The notes below the pieces were generated by a model. It ran no database searches, was not told the DNA's origin, and saw only the letters and a list, made by a program, of their open reading frames with translations. The position numbers were made by a program, and so were the translations under genes. Below, one piece after another: positions 37,453 through 47,108 of a stretch of 64,000 bases of DNA; the stretch's first letter is position 1; the number at the start of each line of letters is the position of its first letter. This DNA comes from Smithellaceae bacterium (GTDB taxonomy: Bacteria > Desulfobacterota > Syntrophia > Syntrophales > Smithellaceae), in contig OY821638.1 of the NCBI GenBank assembly GCA_963682105.1, positions 1,813,245-1,877,244 of the forward strand, given 5' to 3'.

Positions 37453-40400
37453 TATGTTCCCCACACACGTGGGGATGAACCGATCGGCGGAACAACACAG
37501 ACCGCCCGCGATATATGTTCCCCACACACGTGGGGATGAACCGCGCACAATCTCCATTGTGATTAAACCTTTTCTATGTTCCCCACACACGTGGGGATGA
37601 ACCGCGGGTTGTGAGAGGAGCAGTATCATTGCTGGTATGTTCCCCACACACGTGGGGATGAACCGGCGATGTCTTCCACTTACCCGCAGCGCTCCAGATG
37701 TTCCCCACACACGTGGGGATGAACCGGCGAATCTCTCCAACATGGTGGAGACTACGTAATGTTCCCCACACACGTGGGGATGAACCGGCATTTGCCAACT
37801 GTAGCCGTTTTGATGCGCCATGTTCCCCACACACGTGGGGATGAACCGTCCTTGTAGTGGTCGAAATACCGCGAGAGAAGATGTTCCCCACACACGTGGG
37901 GATGAACCGACTTAACCAGATAGCGGGAGAGGACAGTATGCATGTTCCCCACACACGTGGGGATGAACCGGCATGGCGTCCATCACAATTGAAATCGAGT
38001 ACATGTTCCCCACACACGTGGGGATGAACCTTTGCCCGGGAAGAGCACGTCCGGCCGGACCATCATGTTCCCCACACACGTGGGGATGAACCAAACCGGG
38101 TGTAAGCTGCCTTCAACTTGATGGATGTTCCCCACACACGTGGGGATGAACCGAGACAGTTACCTATTACGACCGCATTGAGGTTATGTTCCCCACACAC
38201 GTGGGGATGAACCGGCGCAATCAAGCTGCTGTCCTGCACTGGCCGCATGTTCCCCACACACGTGGGGATGAACCGTACAGGCGGAAGAAATCAAGGAGAT
38301 ACGGAGGATGTTCCCCACACACGTGGGGATGAACCGAAATCAAGGAGATACGGAGGACGATCGACCGTATGTTCCCCACACACGTGGGGATGAACCGGCG
38401 CTCAACTTCAGCTTTGCTTTTTGATGTATATGTTCCCCACACACGTGGGGATGAACCGGCTTTGCTGGCCATAGAAGTCCAGGACTTCGTATGTTCCCCA
38501 CACACGTGGGGATGAACCGCGCAGTACGCCGAAATGCTCAAGAAGGACATTATGTTCCCCACACACGTGGGGATGAACCGTGGAATGCCAGAGTCTGATG
38601 CAGAGCAGTGGGATGTTCCCCACACACGTGGGGATGAACCGCCGAACTTGCTGCCGTCCGTGAGTTACAGGTTATGTTCCCCACACACGTGGGGATGAAC
38701 CGCCGAACTTGCTGCCGTCCGTGAGTTACAGGTTATGTTCCCCACACACGTGGGGATGAACCGAAATCTCTGAAGCGTGGATCAAAACGCAGCCGATGTT
38801 CCCCACACACGTGGGGATGAACCGATGTTGTTGGCGGCCGTACCATTCACCCTTGCATGTTCCCCACACACGTGGGGATGAACCGCTCTTGCCAGGGTAT
38901 AGTACTCCTTTTAATCCATGTTCCCCACACACGTGGGGATGAACCGTTGAAATGACTTTATCGGAAACCAGAACTGATATGTTCCCCACACACGTGGGGA
39001 TGAACCGGCTATTTATGAAGGGCAAATCAATATTGATCGATGTTCCCCACACACGTGGGGATGAACCGGCAGTGGAGAGCGACGGCTATGCCCTGCAATA
39101 ATGTTCCCCACACACGTGGGGATGAACCGAAATTTTGGCGTCAGAGTTAACCGGAATTAAAATGTTCCCCACACACGTGGGGATGAACCGATGGCACGGA
39201 CGTATTTGAGGCCGCCGTTTTTATGTTCCCCACACACGTGGGGATGAACCGTTGACGAACGATCAGTTTAGCCACGCCGGCCGATGTTCCCCACACACGT
39301 GGGGATGAACCGGCCATATTCAATAGATTATCGGCCATTCGCATATGTTCCCCACACACGTGGGGATGAACCGCTATATAATAAGAAAGAAGCGTTGCAG
39401 TTATTATGTTCCCCACACACGTGGGGATGAACCGGTATTGCATGACGATTTTGAGTATGTTATACAATGTTCCCCACACACGTGGGGATGAACCGGCACT
39501 TGTTTTTTACCGGAGAGAACCACGACAATGTTCCCCACACACGTGGGGATGAACCGCTCAGATAATCGGTTACGTCTTTGGCGCTTTTATGTTCCCCACA
39601 CACGTGGGGATGAACCGACTTTGCGGACAGAGCGGCGGCCGAGGCCGAGATGTTCCCCACACACGTGGGGATGAACCGATTGCTTATTGAAACACACGAG
39701 CATGTATGAAATGTTCCCCACACACGTGGGGATGAACCGCCTATAAAATGCCGATGCGGATCAGGCTGATCATGTTCCCCACACACGTGGGGATGAACCG
39801 ACCTGAACATCTACGGCGCAAACGGATCAGGGATGTTCCCCACACACGTGGGGATGAACCGCTTGCTAAGGTTCTGTTCAAGTATTTCCTTTGATGTTCC
39901 CCACACACGTGGGGATGAACCGGACATCTGCCAGCTTCTTCCCCTCTTCGGCATATGTTCCCCACACACGTGGGGATGAACCGGCTGGCAGATGGGCGCG
40001 CCTGGCCTATCCGATATGTTCCCCACACACGTGGGGATGAACCCGAGGGGAAGATTGACGAACTCGTCGTGCAGAAATGTTCCCCACACACGTGGGGATG
40101 AACCGGTAATCTGGATCGAACCCCCTGCCAATTAAATATGTTCCCCACACACGTGGGGATGAACCGAGAATAGACTTGCAGAAATCATTATCAAGTGCAT
40201 GTTCCCCACACACGTGGGGATGAACCGGTTAGCCGCTGCCGTGGGCAGAGTAATTGCTAATGTTCCCCACACACGTGGGGATGAACCGCAAAATTCCTTC
40301 TGCCTCTGCGTCCGTGTTAAATGTTCCCCACACACGTGGGGATGAACCGCTTATGGCCCTATACAATGCGATTCCTGGCGAATGTTCCCCACACACGTGG

Positions 40401-41506
40401 GGATGAACCGGCAAATGGGCTATATTTTACATCCCCGTACGCATGTTCCCCACACACGTGGGGATGAACCGTCTGATCCGTGAAATTATAGGATGATACG
40501 GTCATGTTCCCCACACACGTGGGGATGAACCGCAAAACAGTGTATTCCGTACCGTTGACATTTAATGTTCCCCACACACGTGGGGATGAACCGTCCAGCC
40601 CTGCGTCATCATGCCCGGTACCCATATGTTCCCCACACACGTGGGGATGAACCGTTTGCTTCGCTGGATCCGAAGGCCGACCGGAAATGTTCCCCACACA
40701 CGTGGGGATGAACCGCGACAACGATCAGTATTCAGGATTCGAGTTTAATGTTCCCCACACACGTGGGGATGAACCGAGGCATCAATATACGCCCGCCGTG
40801 CCGTTGCAATGTTCCCCACACACGTGGGGATGAACCGGTACTTATCTTTTATATATGGCGCGGATATTAATGTTCCCCACACACGTGGGGATGAACCGTA
40901 AAATTCCCTCGGCCTCTGCGTCCGTGTCAAATGTTCCCCACACACGTGGGGATGAACCGGTAGCGGCTCGGTGCGGGTTTATGCGGGAAATATGTTCCCC
41001 ACACACGTGGGGATGAACCGTCCTTGTGGCTTCTCAGGCTGAGATATCTGAGATGTTCCCCACACACGTGGGGATGAACCGACTCAATTTCATTTTCAAA
41101 ATCTACGATTAATATGTTCCCCACACACGTGGGGATGAACCGCCTGAATTCCTCTGCTGTGCGCTTACAACGGGATGTTCCCCACACACGTGGGGATGAA
41201 CCGGCCTCTGTGTTCGTGATCTAAATCAAAAGCCATGTTCCCCACACACGTGGGGATGAACCGGCTTTTTCACTATTCCCCTAGGCGATCAGCGTATGTT
41301 CCCCACACACGTGGGGATGAACCGGATTTTATCATGGGCGCGGCGGGCCGGCCGGCATGTTCCCCACACACGTGGGGATGAACCGGCAAAACAAAACATA
41401 TCACTTTTGGTGCAATATGTTCCCCACGCACGTGAGGACATCAGGGAAATGTACATACAGAAATTGGCTGAAATAATATGTTCCCCACGCACGTGAGGAC
41501 ATCAGG
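37453..41506 (+). CRISPR. type I-E CRISPR array, 67 repeats / 66 spacers
   Basis: 29-nt repeat ATGTTCCCCACACACGTGGGGATGAACCG (compare E. coli GTGTTCCCCGCGCCAGCGGGGATAAACCG). 61-nt period counted repeat by repeat from 37453. Spacers are 32 nt, with two of 31 and two of 33. The last two repeats (41417, 41478) are degenerate (ATGTTCCCCACGCACGTGAGGACATCAGG). Confidence 0.98.
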
Positions 41507-41537
41507 TCGCGCCCCTCGCGGGCGCGTGGATATTATC
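41506..41537 (+). repeat. solitary type I-C-like CRISPR repeat relic (or terminator hairpin)
   Basis: GTCGCGCCCCTCGCGGGCGCGTGGATATTATC versus the recalled I-C consensus GTCGCGCCCCGCACGGGCGCGTGGATTGAAAC. Same GTCGCGCCCC...GGGCGCGTGGAT core and stem. Confidence 0.45.
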
Positions 41538-41979
41538 CAGTTGTATTAGCGGTCTCACAATTGAATGCACATTTGTCATGCCGGCGAAGGCAGGCATCCA
41601 GAAAATATTTGACCTGGTTTCCGCGTAACATGAAGGTCATAAGACCGGGAAGACGACTGAAAATGGATCGTTATCAAGAGAGAATACTATTTTAGACCGT
41701 TAATAAACCAGCAGCCCGATTGTCCGTCCGTTTGAATAGGCTGAGACCACGAATCTGAAGGTTCGGACTACATTGCCTCATAATCCTTTGAAAGCGAAAT
41801 GGGATAAGAAAGAATACGCCGAGTCGGTGATAAATTGTCACCGGCTGAAGTAATCTCATGAGCAGCAGCATACATGAGATTACCGAGCCGCCTGAGAGGC
41901 GGCTCGTAATGACATAAGTTGATTGTGACACAGTCGCTAAAGGGAGTTGAAGTATTTCATGTTTGGACAGATGCTTTAA

Positions 41980-42130
41980 AATCTCCCCTGACCCCTCTTT
42001 AAAAAAGAGGGGAACCGACGCTATGCTCAATCTCCCCTGCATCCGCTTAAAAAAAGGGGAGCCGACGCAATACGCAATCTCCTCTGACCCCTCTTTTACC
42101 CTGAAGGGCACACGAAAAAAGAGGGGATTC
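41980..42130. repeat. three tandem ~48-bp hairpin units (AATCTCCCCTGACCCCTCTTT-AAAAAA-GAGGGGAACCGACGC...)
   Basis: Units start at 41980, 42029 and 42076. Each contains a CCCCTC/GAGGGG stem. Confidence 0.8.
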
Positions 42131-42173
42131 ATAAAGGTCTCTTGATGTTCATCCCTGGTGTTGCGCGGTACAC

Positions 42174-43550
42174 TTATCCTTTTCGCTCCCCTTTTCCCGG
42201 CTCGATCCGTAGCGCCAGCAGGGTGATGTCATCGGCGGGAGGGGCGCCCGACGCAAAATTCTGCACGGCCGACAGGGTCTTTTCCACAATGCCCTGCGCG
42301 GTCATTTGATGGACTCCCTCCAGGATTCTTAACAGACGCGCATCGGTGAAAAATTCCTGTTGCCGGTTCACCGCTTCGGTCACGCCGTCCGTATAGAGAA
42401 CTATCGTATCGCCCGGCTGAAGCTGAAGATGCGCCTCTTCGTAGACCATATCATCCAGAACGCCCAGCGGAACATTGGCCGAAATTTTCATAAATGAAAC
42501 AGAGCCGTCGGACCGGACGATGGCCGGAGGATTGTGGCCGGCATTGATGTAGGTGACCTTCCCGGTCAGGATATCCAGAAAGCCGCAAAACGCGGTGACA
42601 AACATGGAGGCGTCGTTGCCTTCGCAAAGGGTTTTGTTGACGTTGGAGACAATCCGGCCCAGGCCCGCGTCGGCCGGCTGCATCCGGGCTTTCATCACAG
42701 TCCGGGTGACGGCCATGAAAAGCGCGGCGGGCACGCCTTTGCCGGAAACGTCGCCGATCATGAAAAACAGGCGGTTGTTCTCCACAAAATAAAAGTCATA
42801 CAGGTCGCCTCCAACTTCCCGAGCCGGCTCCAGCGTGGCATAGAGCGAAAATTCCTCTCGCACGGGCGCAGGCGGAAATGTCTTGGGGACCAGGCTCATC
42901 TGAATGTCGCGGGCGACGCTCAGCTCGCCCTCCATCAGCAGTTTGGCTTTTTCCAGCGACCGTTCCTTGAGCAGGTTCATCATGATGAATCCGTAAAGGG
43001 CGATGCCGATGGCATTGGCGGCCACGATGGGAATAATCCCGCTTTTGGCGAGTTCTATGGCCCGCTCGCGCGGTTCGCTGATGGCAATGACAATGGCGAT
43101 ATGCAGCACTTCGATGCCGATCATGAGCAGGACGGCCCGGCCGATGCCCAGAAATTTATTGCGCCTCAAGAGAAAAACGATGCCGCCCACAAGACCGGCC
43201 AGGACCGGCGCAATTCCGCAGGCCAGCGCCGTAAAGCCCCCCTGTAGATAGCGGTGAATCCCGCCGATGAGACCCGCGCCCACCCCGACCAGCGGGCCGG
43301 CCAGAAGCCCGGCCACCGTCGGCCCCAGATCGCGGATGCTGGCGATGCCGCCGAGGATGCGAAAACCGCCCAGCGTTCCGTAGATGGAAAACATCCCGAA
43401 GATCAGCATCAGAAGAAGCCGGTCCTTCCAGGTGGTGTGCTTTTCCAGCACGCGGACAAACAGCCGGCTGCGGGTTAGAAAATAAGCGATGACGACAATC
43501 ACGGCAACGCTGTTGATTAACGATAAAAGGGTCGCGATGACCAGTTGCAT
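42174..43550 (-). CDS. membrane-bound PP2C/SpoIIE-family serine phosphatase with N-terminal 5TM (LytS-YhcK type) sensor
   Basis: About six N-terminal TM helices. PP2C motifs GGDLYDF, GDVSGKGVPAALFMA, LYTDGVTEA, DDITLLAL. Confidence 0.85.
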   Translation of the reverse strand: MQLVIATLLSLINSVAVIVVIAYFLTRSRLFVRVLEKHTTWKDRLLLMLIFGMFSIYGTLGGFRILGGIASIRDLGPTVAGLLAGPLVGVGAGLIGGIHRYLQGGFTALACGIAPVLAGLVGGIVFLLRRNKFLGIGRAVLLMIGIEVLHIAIVIAISEPRERAIELAKSGIIPIVAANAIGIALYGFIMMNLLKERSLEKAKLLMEGELSVARDIQMSLVPKTFPPAPVREEFSLYATLEPAREVGGDLYDFYFVENNRLFFMIGDVSGKGVPAALFMAVTRTVMKARMQPADAGLGRIVSNVNKTLCEGNDASMFVTAFCGFLDILTGKVTYINAGHNPPAIVRSDGSVSFMKISANVPLGVLDDMVYEEAHLQLQPGDTIVLYTDGVTEAVNRQQEFFTDARLLRILEGVHQMTAQGIVEKTLSAVQNFASGAPPADDITLLALRIEPGKGERKG

Positions 43551-43888
43551 AAGCTGCCATTCTCTCTTTCTCAGGTCTCAATTTGCGGCGCATTCTAATG
43601 AATTCCGAAGCAATCCGCAATCGATGTTTTGGGAATCCGTCCCGCCATTTCAAAAAGAAATCTCAAAGTCATCAGAACGATGAAGATTTCTCATTGCTGC
43701 GCTCCTTCGATATGACGTGCGGCCGACAGTCAAAACCCGAAACGTCTTTATTGCGGAATATGGCTAAATATTTAAGCCGGACGGAAATCCGTCCGATATC
43801 CATTACAAGACATGATGTCTCCTGAAAGCGGTCGGCTGTATATCTTCCGAAGTTAACTCGTAATCATCACCGGCAATAAAGATAAAAT

Positions 43889-44887
43889 ATGAAATGGATT
43901 AAATCAAAATATCCATATTTTCTGACGTTTTTTTCGCTGGCCTTCCTTTGTCTTGCGCAGACAACACCGGCGGCCGCTCAGGATACGGTTAAAAAAGAAG
44001 ATACTTTGCGGCCCTGGACGGTTACGCTTCAAACCAGGTATTTTTTCCGCAGTCACACCTCTTATGAATTCGGCAATCCGTATCCGCCGTATCAGGCGCC
44101 GCTCAGCCGCCTGGAATTTCCACTGAACACCTGGTGGGCGGGCGCATCATTACGCCGGGAATTTTCCCGTTTTTCGGTGGGCGCAGAGGCATTCCGCAAC
44201 GTCACAAGCAGGTCGGACGGCGTTATGACGGATTCCGACTGGGACGACGACGCACATCCGGATGTGAAAACGATTTATTCCGAATCATCCTGCCGAATGG
44301 AACCCAGCTACATGGTTTACGGGGATGTCGATCTGAAAATATCGGACTGGCTCAGACTGCCCAAATGGCTTGATCTTCGTCCCGCCGCAGGCATCGCCTG
44401 GCAGCGCTTTTCAGTGGTCGCTTACAACGGGCTTCAAACCTATCCGGCGCCGGGAAGCACACAGCCGCCGGACCCCCTGCCCGGCGACCTCATCAACTTG
44501 GAGCAAACGTACTGGCGGTTGTTTACCGGTTTCAAAGTCGCCTTCGACCTGGGCAGGCCATTTTCTTTATCCAGCCTGAAACTGCTGACGCAACTGGACT
44601 GGGGCTACGTTTACGCAACGAACGAAGACTATCATCTGCTGCGAAGCGGCAGGCGCATTACCAACGACACGACGACAGGCGACGCCTGGCACGCTCAGGT
44701 AAATTTGAAAGCCGGGATCACACGCAACTTCAGCACAAACATCGGCCTGGAGTACCTGCGCATCACCACAACGGGCACGCATCGCCTGGTGAATGAACCG
44801 CTCGGCGTCGATTTCAGTTTCGACCACGGCGTAAAAGTCTGGTCTGAGCAGATGAATGTGATGATGAGTTTCGAATATTCTTTTTAA
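43889..44887 (+). CDS. putative outer-membrane beta-barrel protein
   Basis: Signal peptide ending AAAQD, alternating amphipathic strands, C-terminal ...MSFEYSF (terminal Phe). Confidence 0.55.
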   Translation: MKWIKSKYPYFLTFFSLAFLCLAQTTPAAAQDTVKKEDTLRPWTVTLQTRYFFRSHTSYEFGNPYPPYQAPLSRLEFPLNTWWAGASLRREFSRFSVGAEAFRNVTSRSDGVMTDSDWDDDAHPDVKTIYSESSCRMEPSYMVYGDVDLKISDWLRLPKWLDLRPAAGIAWQRFSVVAYNGLQTYPAPGSTQPPDPLPGDLINLEQTYWRLFTGFKVAFDLGRPFSLSSLKLLTQLDWGYVYATNEDYHLLRSGRRITNDTTTGDAWHAQVNLKAGITRNFSTNIGLEYLRITTTGTHRLVNEPLGVDFSFDHGVKVWSEQMNVMMSFEYSF

Positions 44888-45254
44888 AGCTTTCCACCTC
44901 CGGCGCTTCGCGCCACCTCCGCCAGGAGACTGTGTCGCAATTCCATTTTTGTCATTCCGGACAAGCGAAGCGCGATCCGGCTTGTGCCCTTCAGGGTGAA
45001 TCCATGAGTATTAAAGAGTTCTGGATTCCCGCCTGCGCGGGAATGAAGACTTTTCAACATTCTGACACCGTCTCCGGCGGAGGACACCATCCACGATGCA
45101 CTATCCACCGGCCATGAGCTGCCATCTACGAGCTACGAGCTACGAGCTTTCTCTCCGCCGGCGGAGGATATTTTCGTCTGTATACTTGGACCTTGAACCT
45201 TGCGCCTTGAACCTGAATTCCATTCACCATCCACTATTCCCTACGAGCCACGAG
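44888..45254. repeat. mosaic intergenic repeat cluster
   Basis: CCACCTCCGGCGCTTCGCGCCACCTCCGCC module, inserted TIR element, (CTACGAGC)x3, empty CCGCCGGCGGAGG site, heptamers, CCATTCAC units. Confidence 0.9.
44925..45075. mobile_element. ~151-bp TIR-bounded hairpin element (MITE-like), copy B
   Basis: GGAGACTGTGTCGCAATT ... TTCTGACACCGTCTCC termini. The interior is co-linear with copy A (GTCATTCCGGACAAGCGAAGCGCGATCCGG..., GATTCCCGCCTGCGCGGGAATGA). Inserted exactly between CCTCCGCC and GGCGGAGG. Confidence 0.55.
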
Positions 45255-46529
45255 CTATGAGCTATGAGCTATAACGGGACGGATGAAAAAGGACAGAAGA
45301 CCGCAGACGAAAAGAAGTGCTGCGGCAATGCCGAAAGGCCAGGTGTAGCTTCCGGTAACGTCGAACAGATAGCCGGCAAAGACGGGACTGACGGCGCCGG
45401 CAACGGCCACGATCGGTGTTGTCCAGCCTATAACCTGAGCAAAATGTTTGCGACCGACGTATTCGGCCATCATGTGCGGCAAAATGACGATCATGCCACC
45501 AAAACCGACGCCGGTTAAAATGGCATAGAGGTAAACAAAAACCATGCTGCGGGCGTTCATCAGCGACACAATTCCCAATCCCATGCAGGTCATAAAGACC
45601 GCGGCGAGATATCGGCCTTCAAGGCGCATGCCCAGTACACCGCTGGCGAGCCTTCCCAGAATGCTTGCGCCCAGCATCAAGCCCAGCGCGGTCGCCGAGA
45701 GCATCGGTGAATATTGCAGATCGCGAAGATAAGCCACCTGATGAGTGGCAATCATATTGACGGCGAAAAGCAAAACGGTAAACAAAACGAGCTGCATCCA
45801 CAGCGCCGGCATTTTCAGAGCATCGCGGATATTCCACTGCGGGTCCGTCAACTGATCAGAGCCGTTTGGGGCCGCTTCACCGGAATGACCGGCATCGCCC
45901 GCCCCGGCGCAGCCGTCGGGAACCTGCCCCTTCTCTTCGGGCGTATTGTGGATGAGCAACGAGGCCAAAACGATGCCCAGAAGCAATTGAAGACCGGCCA
46001 GAACCGCCCACGCCCAGCGCCATCCCACACTGCCCATAAGCGAGCTGATGACCGGCGGCATGAAAAAACCGCCTGCGGCGCCCGACGCCAAAAGCAGTCC
46101 CAGCGCCAGCGACCGGCGGCGGATAAACCAGTGGTTGACTACTGTGGTGGTCGGTAAAAACTCGGAAAAGGCCAGCGCAATGCCACACAAGAAACCGAAG
46201 CACAGATAGACATGCCAGAGCTCCCGGATCTGAGACATCCCCAGCAATCCCAGCACGGCGGCAACGTTTCCCAGCACAATATTTCTTCTGGCGCCGAACC
46301 GGGCAACACTCCATCCGGCCAGCGGCCCCAGAAGACCGCCCAGAACAAGATAAAACGTGTAAGGGCCGGACAACGCCTGACGGCTCCAGCCGAAAGATTC
46401 CGCCATCGACGGCAGAAAAACACCGAACGCGTAGGAGACGTTTCCGCAGATACCGCAATAGGCCGCCATGACGCCGGCCAGGGCGATCCATCCGGAGAAA
46501 GGTTTATTTTGAGATGAGGGTAATGTCAT
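45255..46529 (-). CDS. MFS transporter
   Basis: 424 aa, ~12 TM helices, with a central hydrophilic loop. Confidence 0.8.
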   Translation of the reverse strand: MTLPSSQNKPFSGWIALAGVMAAYCGICGNVSYAFGVFLPSMAESFGWSRQALSGPYTFYLVLGGLLGPLAGWSVARFGARRNIVLGNVAAVLGLLGMSQIRELWHVYLCFGFLCGIALAFSEFLPTTTVVNHWFIRRRSLALGLLLASGAAGGFFMPPVISSLMGSVGWRWAWAVLAGLQLLLGIVLASLLIHNTPEEKGQVPDGCAGAGDAGHSGEAAPNGSDQLTDPQWNIRDALKMPALWMQLVLFTVLLFAVNMIATHQVAYLRDLQYSPMLSATALGLMLGASILGRLASGVLGMRLEGRYLAAVFMTCMGLGIVSLMNARSMVFVYLYAILTGVGFGGMIVILPHMMAEYVGRKHFAQVIGWTTPIVAVAGAVSPVFAGYLFDVTGSYTWPFGIAAALLFVCGLLSFFIRPVIAHSS

Positions 46530-46677
46530 CTTGCACCCTTCCGGGTAAAGCCAGTAATAAGTGGAAAGCTTTGCATGACTATATCAAATCAATAATATGG
46601 TAGTTCCCGCCTTCCAGACTGTTTCGCAATTAACAGGCCATCATTAACTTTTGTCTTCAATGTCTCGCGCTGACGGG

Positions 46678-46808
46678 AGCTTTTGTCACAGTTGCATTTT
46701 TGTCATTACAGACAAGCGAAGCGCGATCCGGGATCCAGGAATTTTAAAGAGTTCTGGATTCCCGCCTTCGCGGGAATGACCACTTTTCAATATTCTGACA
46801 CAGTCTCC
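46678..46808. mobile_element. TIR-bounded hairpin element, copy C (left end degenerate)
   Basis: The interior GTCATTACAGACAAGCGAAGCGCGATCCGGG...GGATTCCCGCCTTCGCGGGAATGAC and the right end TTCTGACACAGTCTCC match copies A and B. Confidence 0.45.
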
Positions 46809-47108
46809 GGAGGCGGTGTCAAGCTTTAAAGGAATTTTTCATATTATTCCGGATTACGCAATAGAAGAAAATACGGGCATCGCATCCAATCTACAACCCT
46901 GTCGGGGCCGAACAAATATCCGTTCTTCAAGGCTACAGATATGGAACACCTTCGGGCTGATGAACAATCCCGGAGGAGTTCATTGACAGGCTGTTCTGAT
47001 TTTCATATAGAGGACACTGTCATTCCGATCCTGCATCGGCGCGGTAAACATCGGCCGGCATTCAGGCATCGTTCCCGTCCGGATGGGGAATAAGTTCCAA
47101 TAAGCAGC

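Noticed and set aside
37435-41496. About 25 ORFs of 60-152 aa on both strands across the CRISPR array (recurring VHPHVCGEH / FIPTCVGNI / SSPRVWGT peptides)
   Set aside because: They are translations of the 29-nt repeat in the three minus-strand frames, joined by spacers. The periodicity equals the 61-nt array period, so they are not genes.
41692-42132. 146-aa ORF downstream of the array
   Set aside because: It reads through the three 48-bp hairpin repeats (PLFFKEGSGEI-type peptides) and other repeat DNA. No start context or family resemblance.
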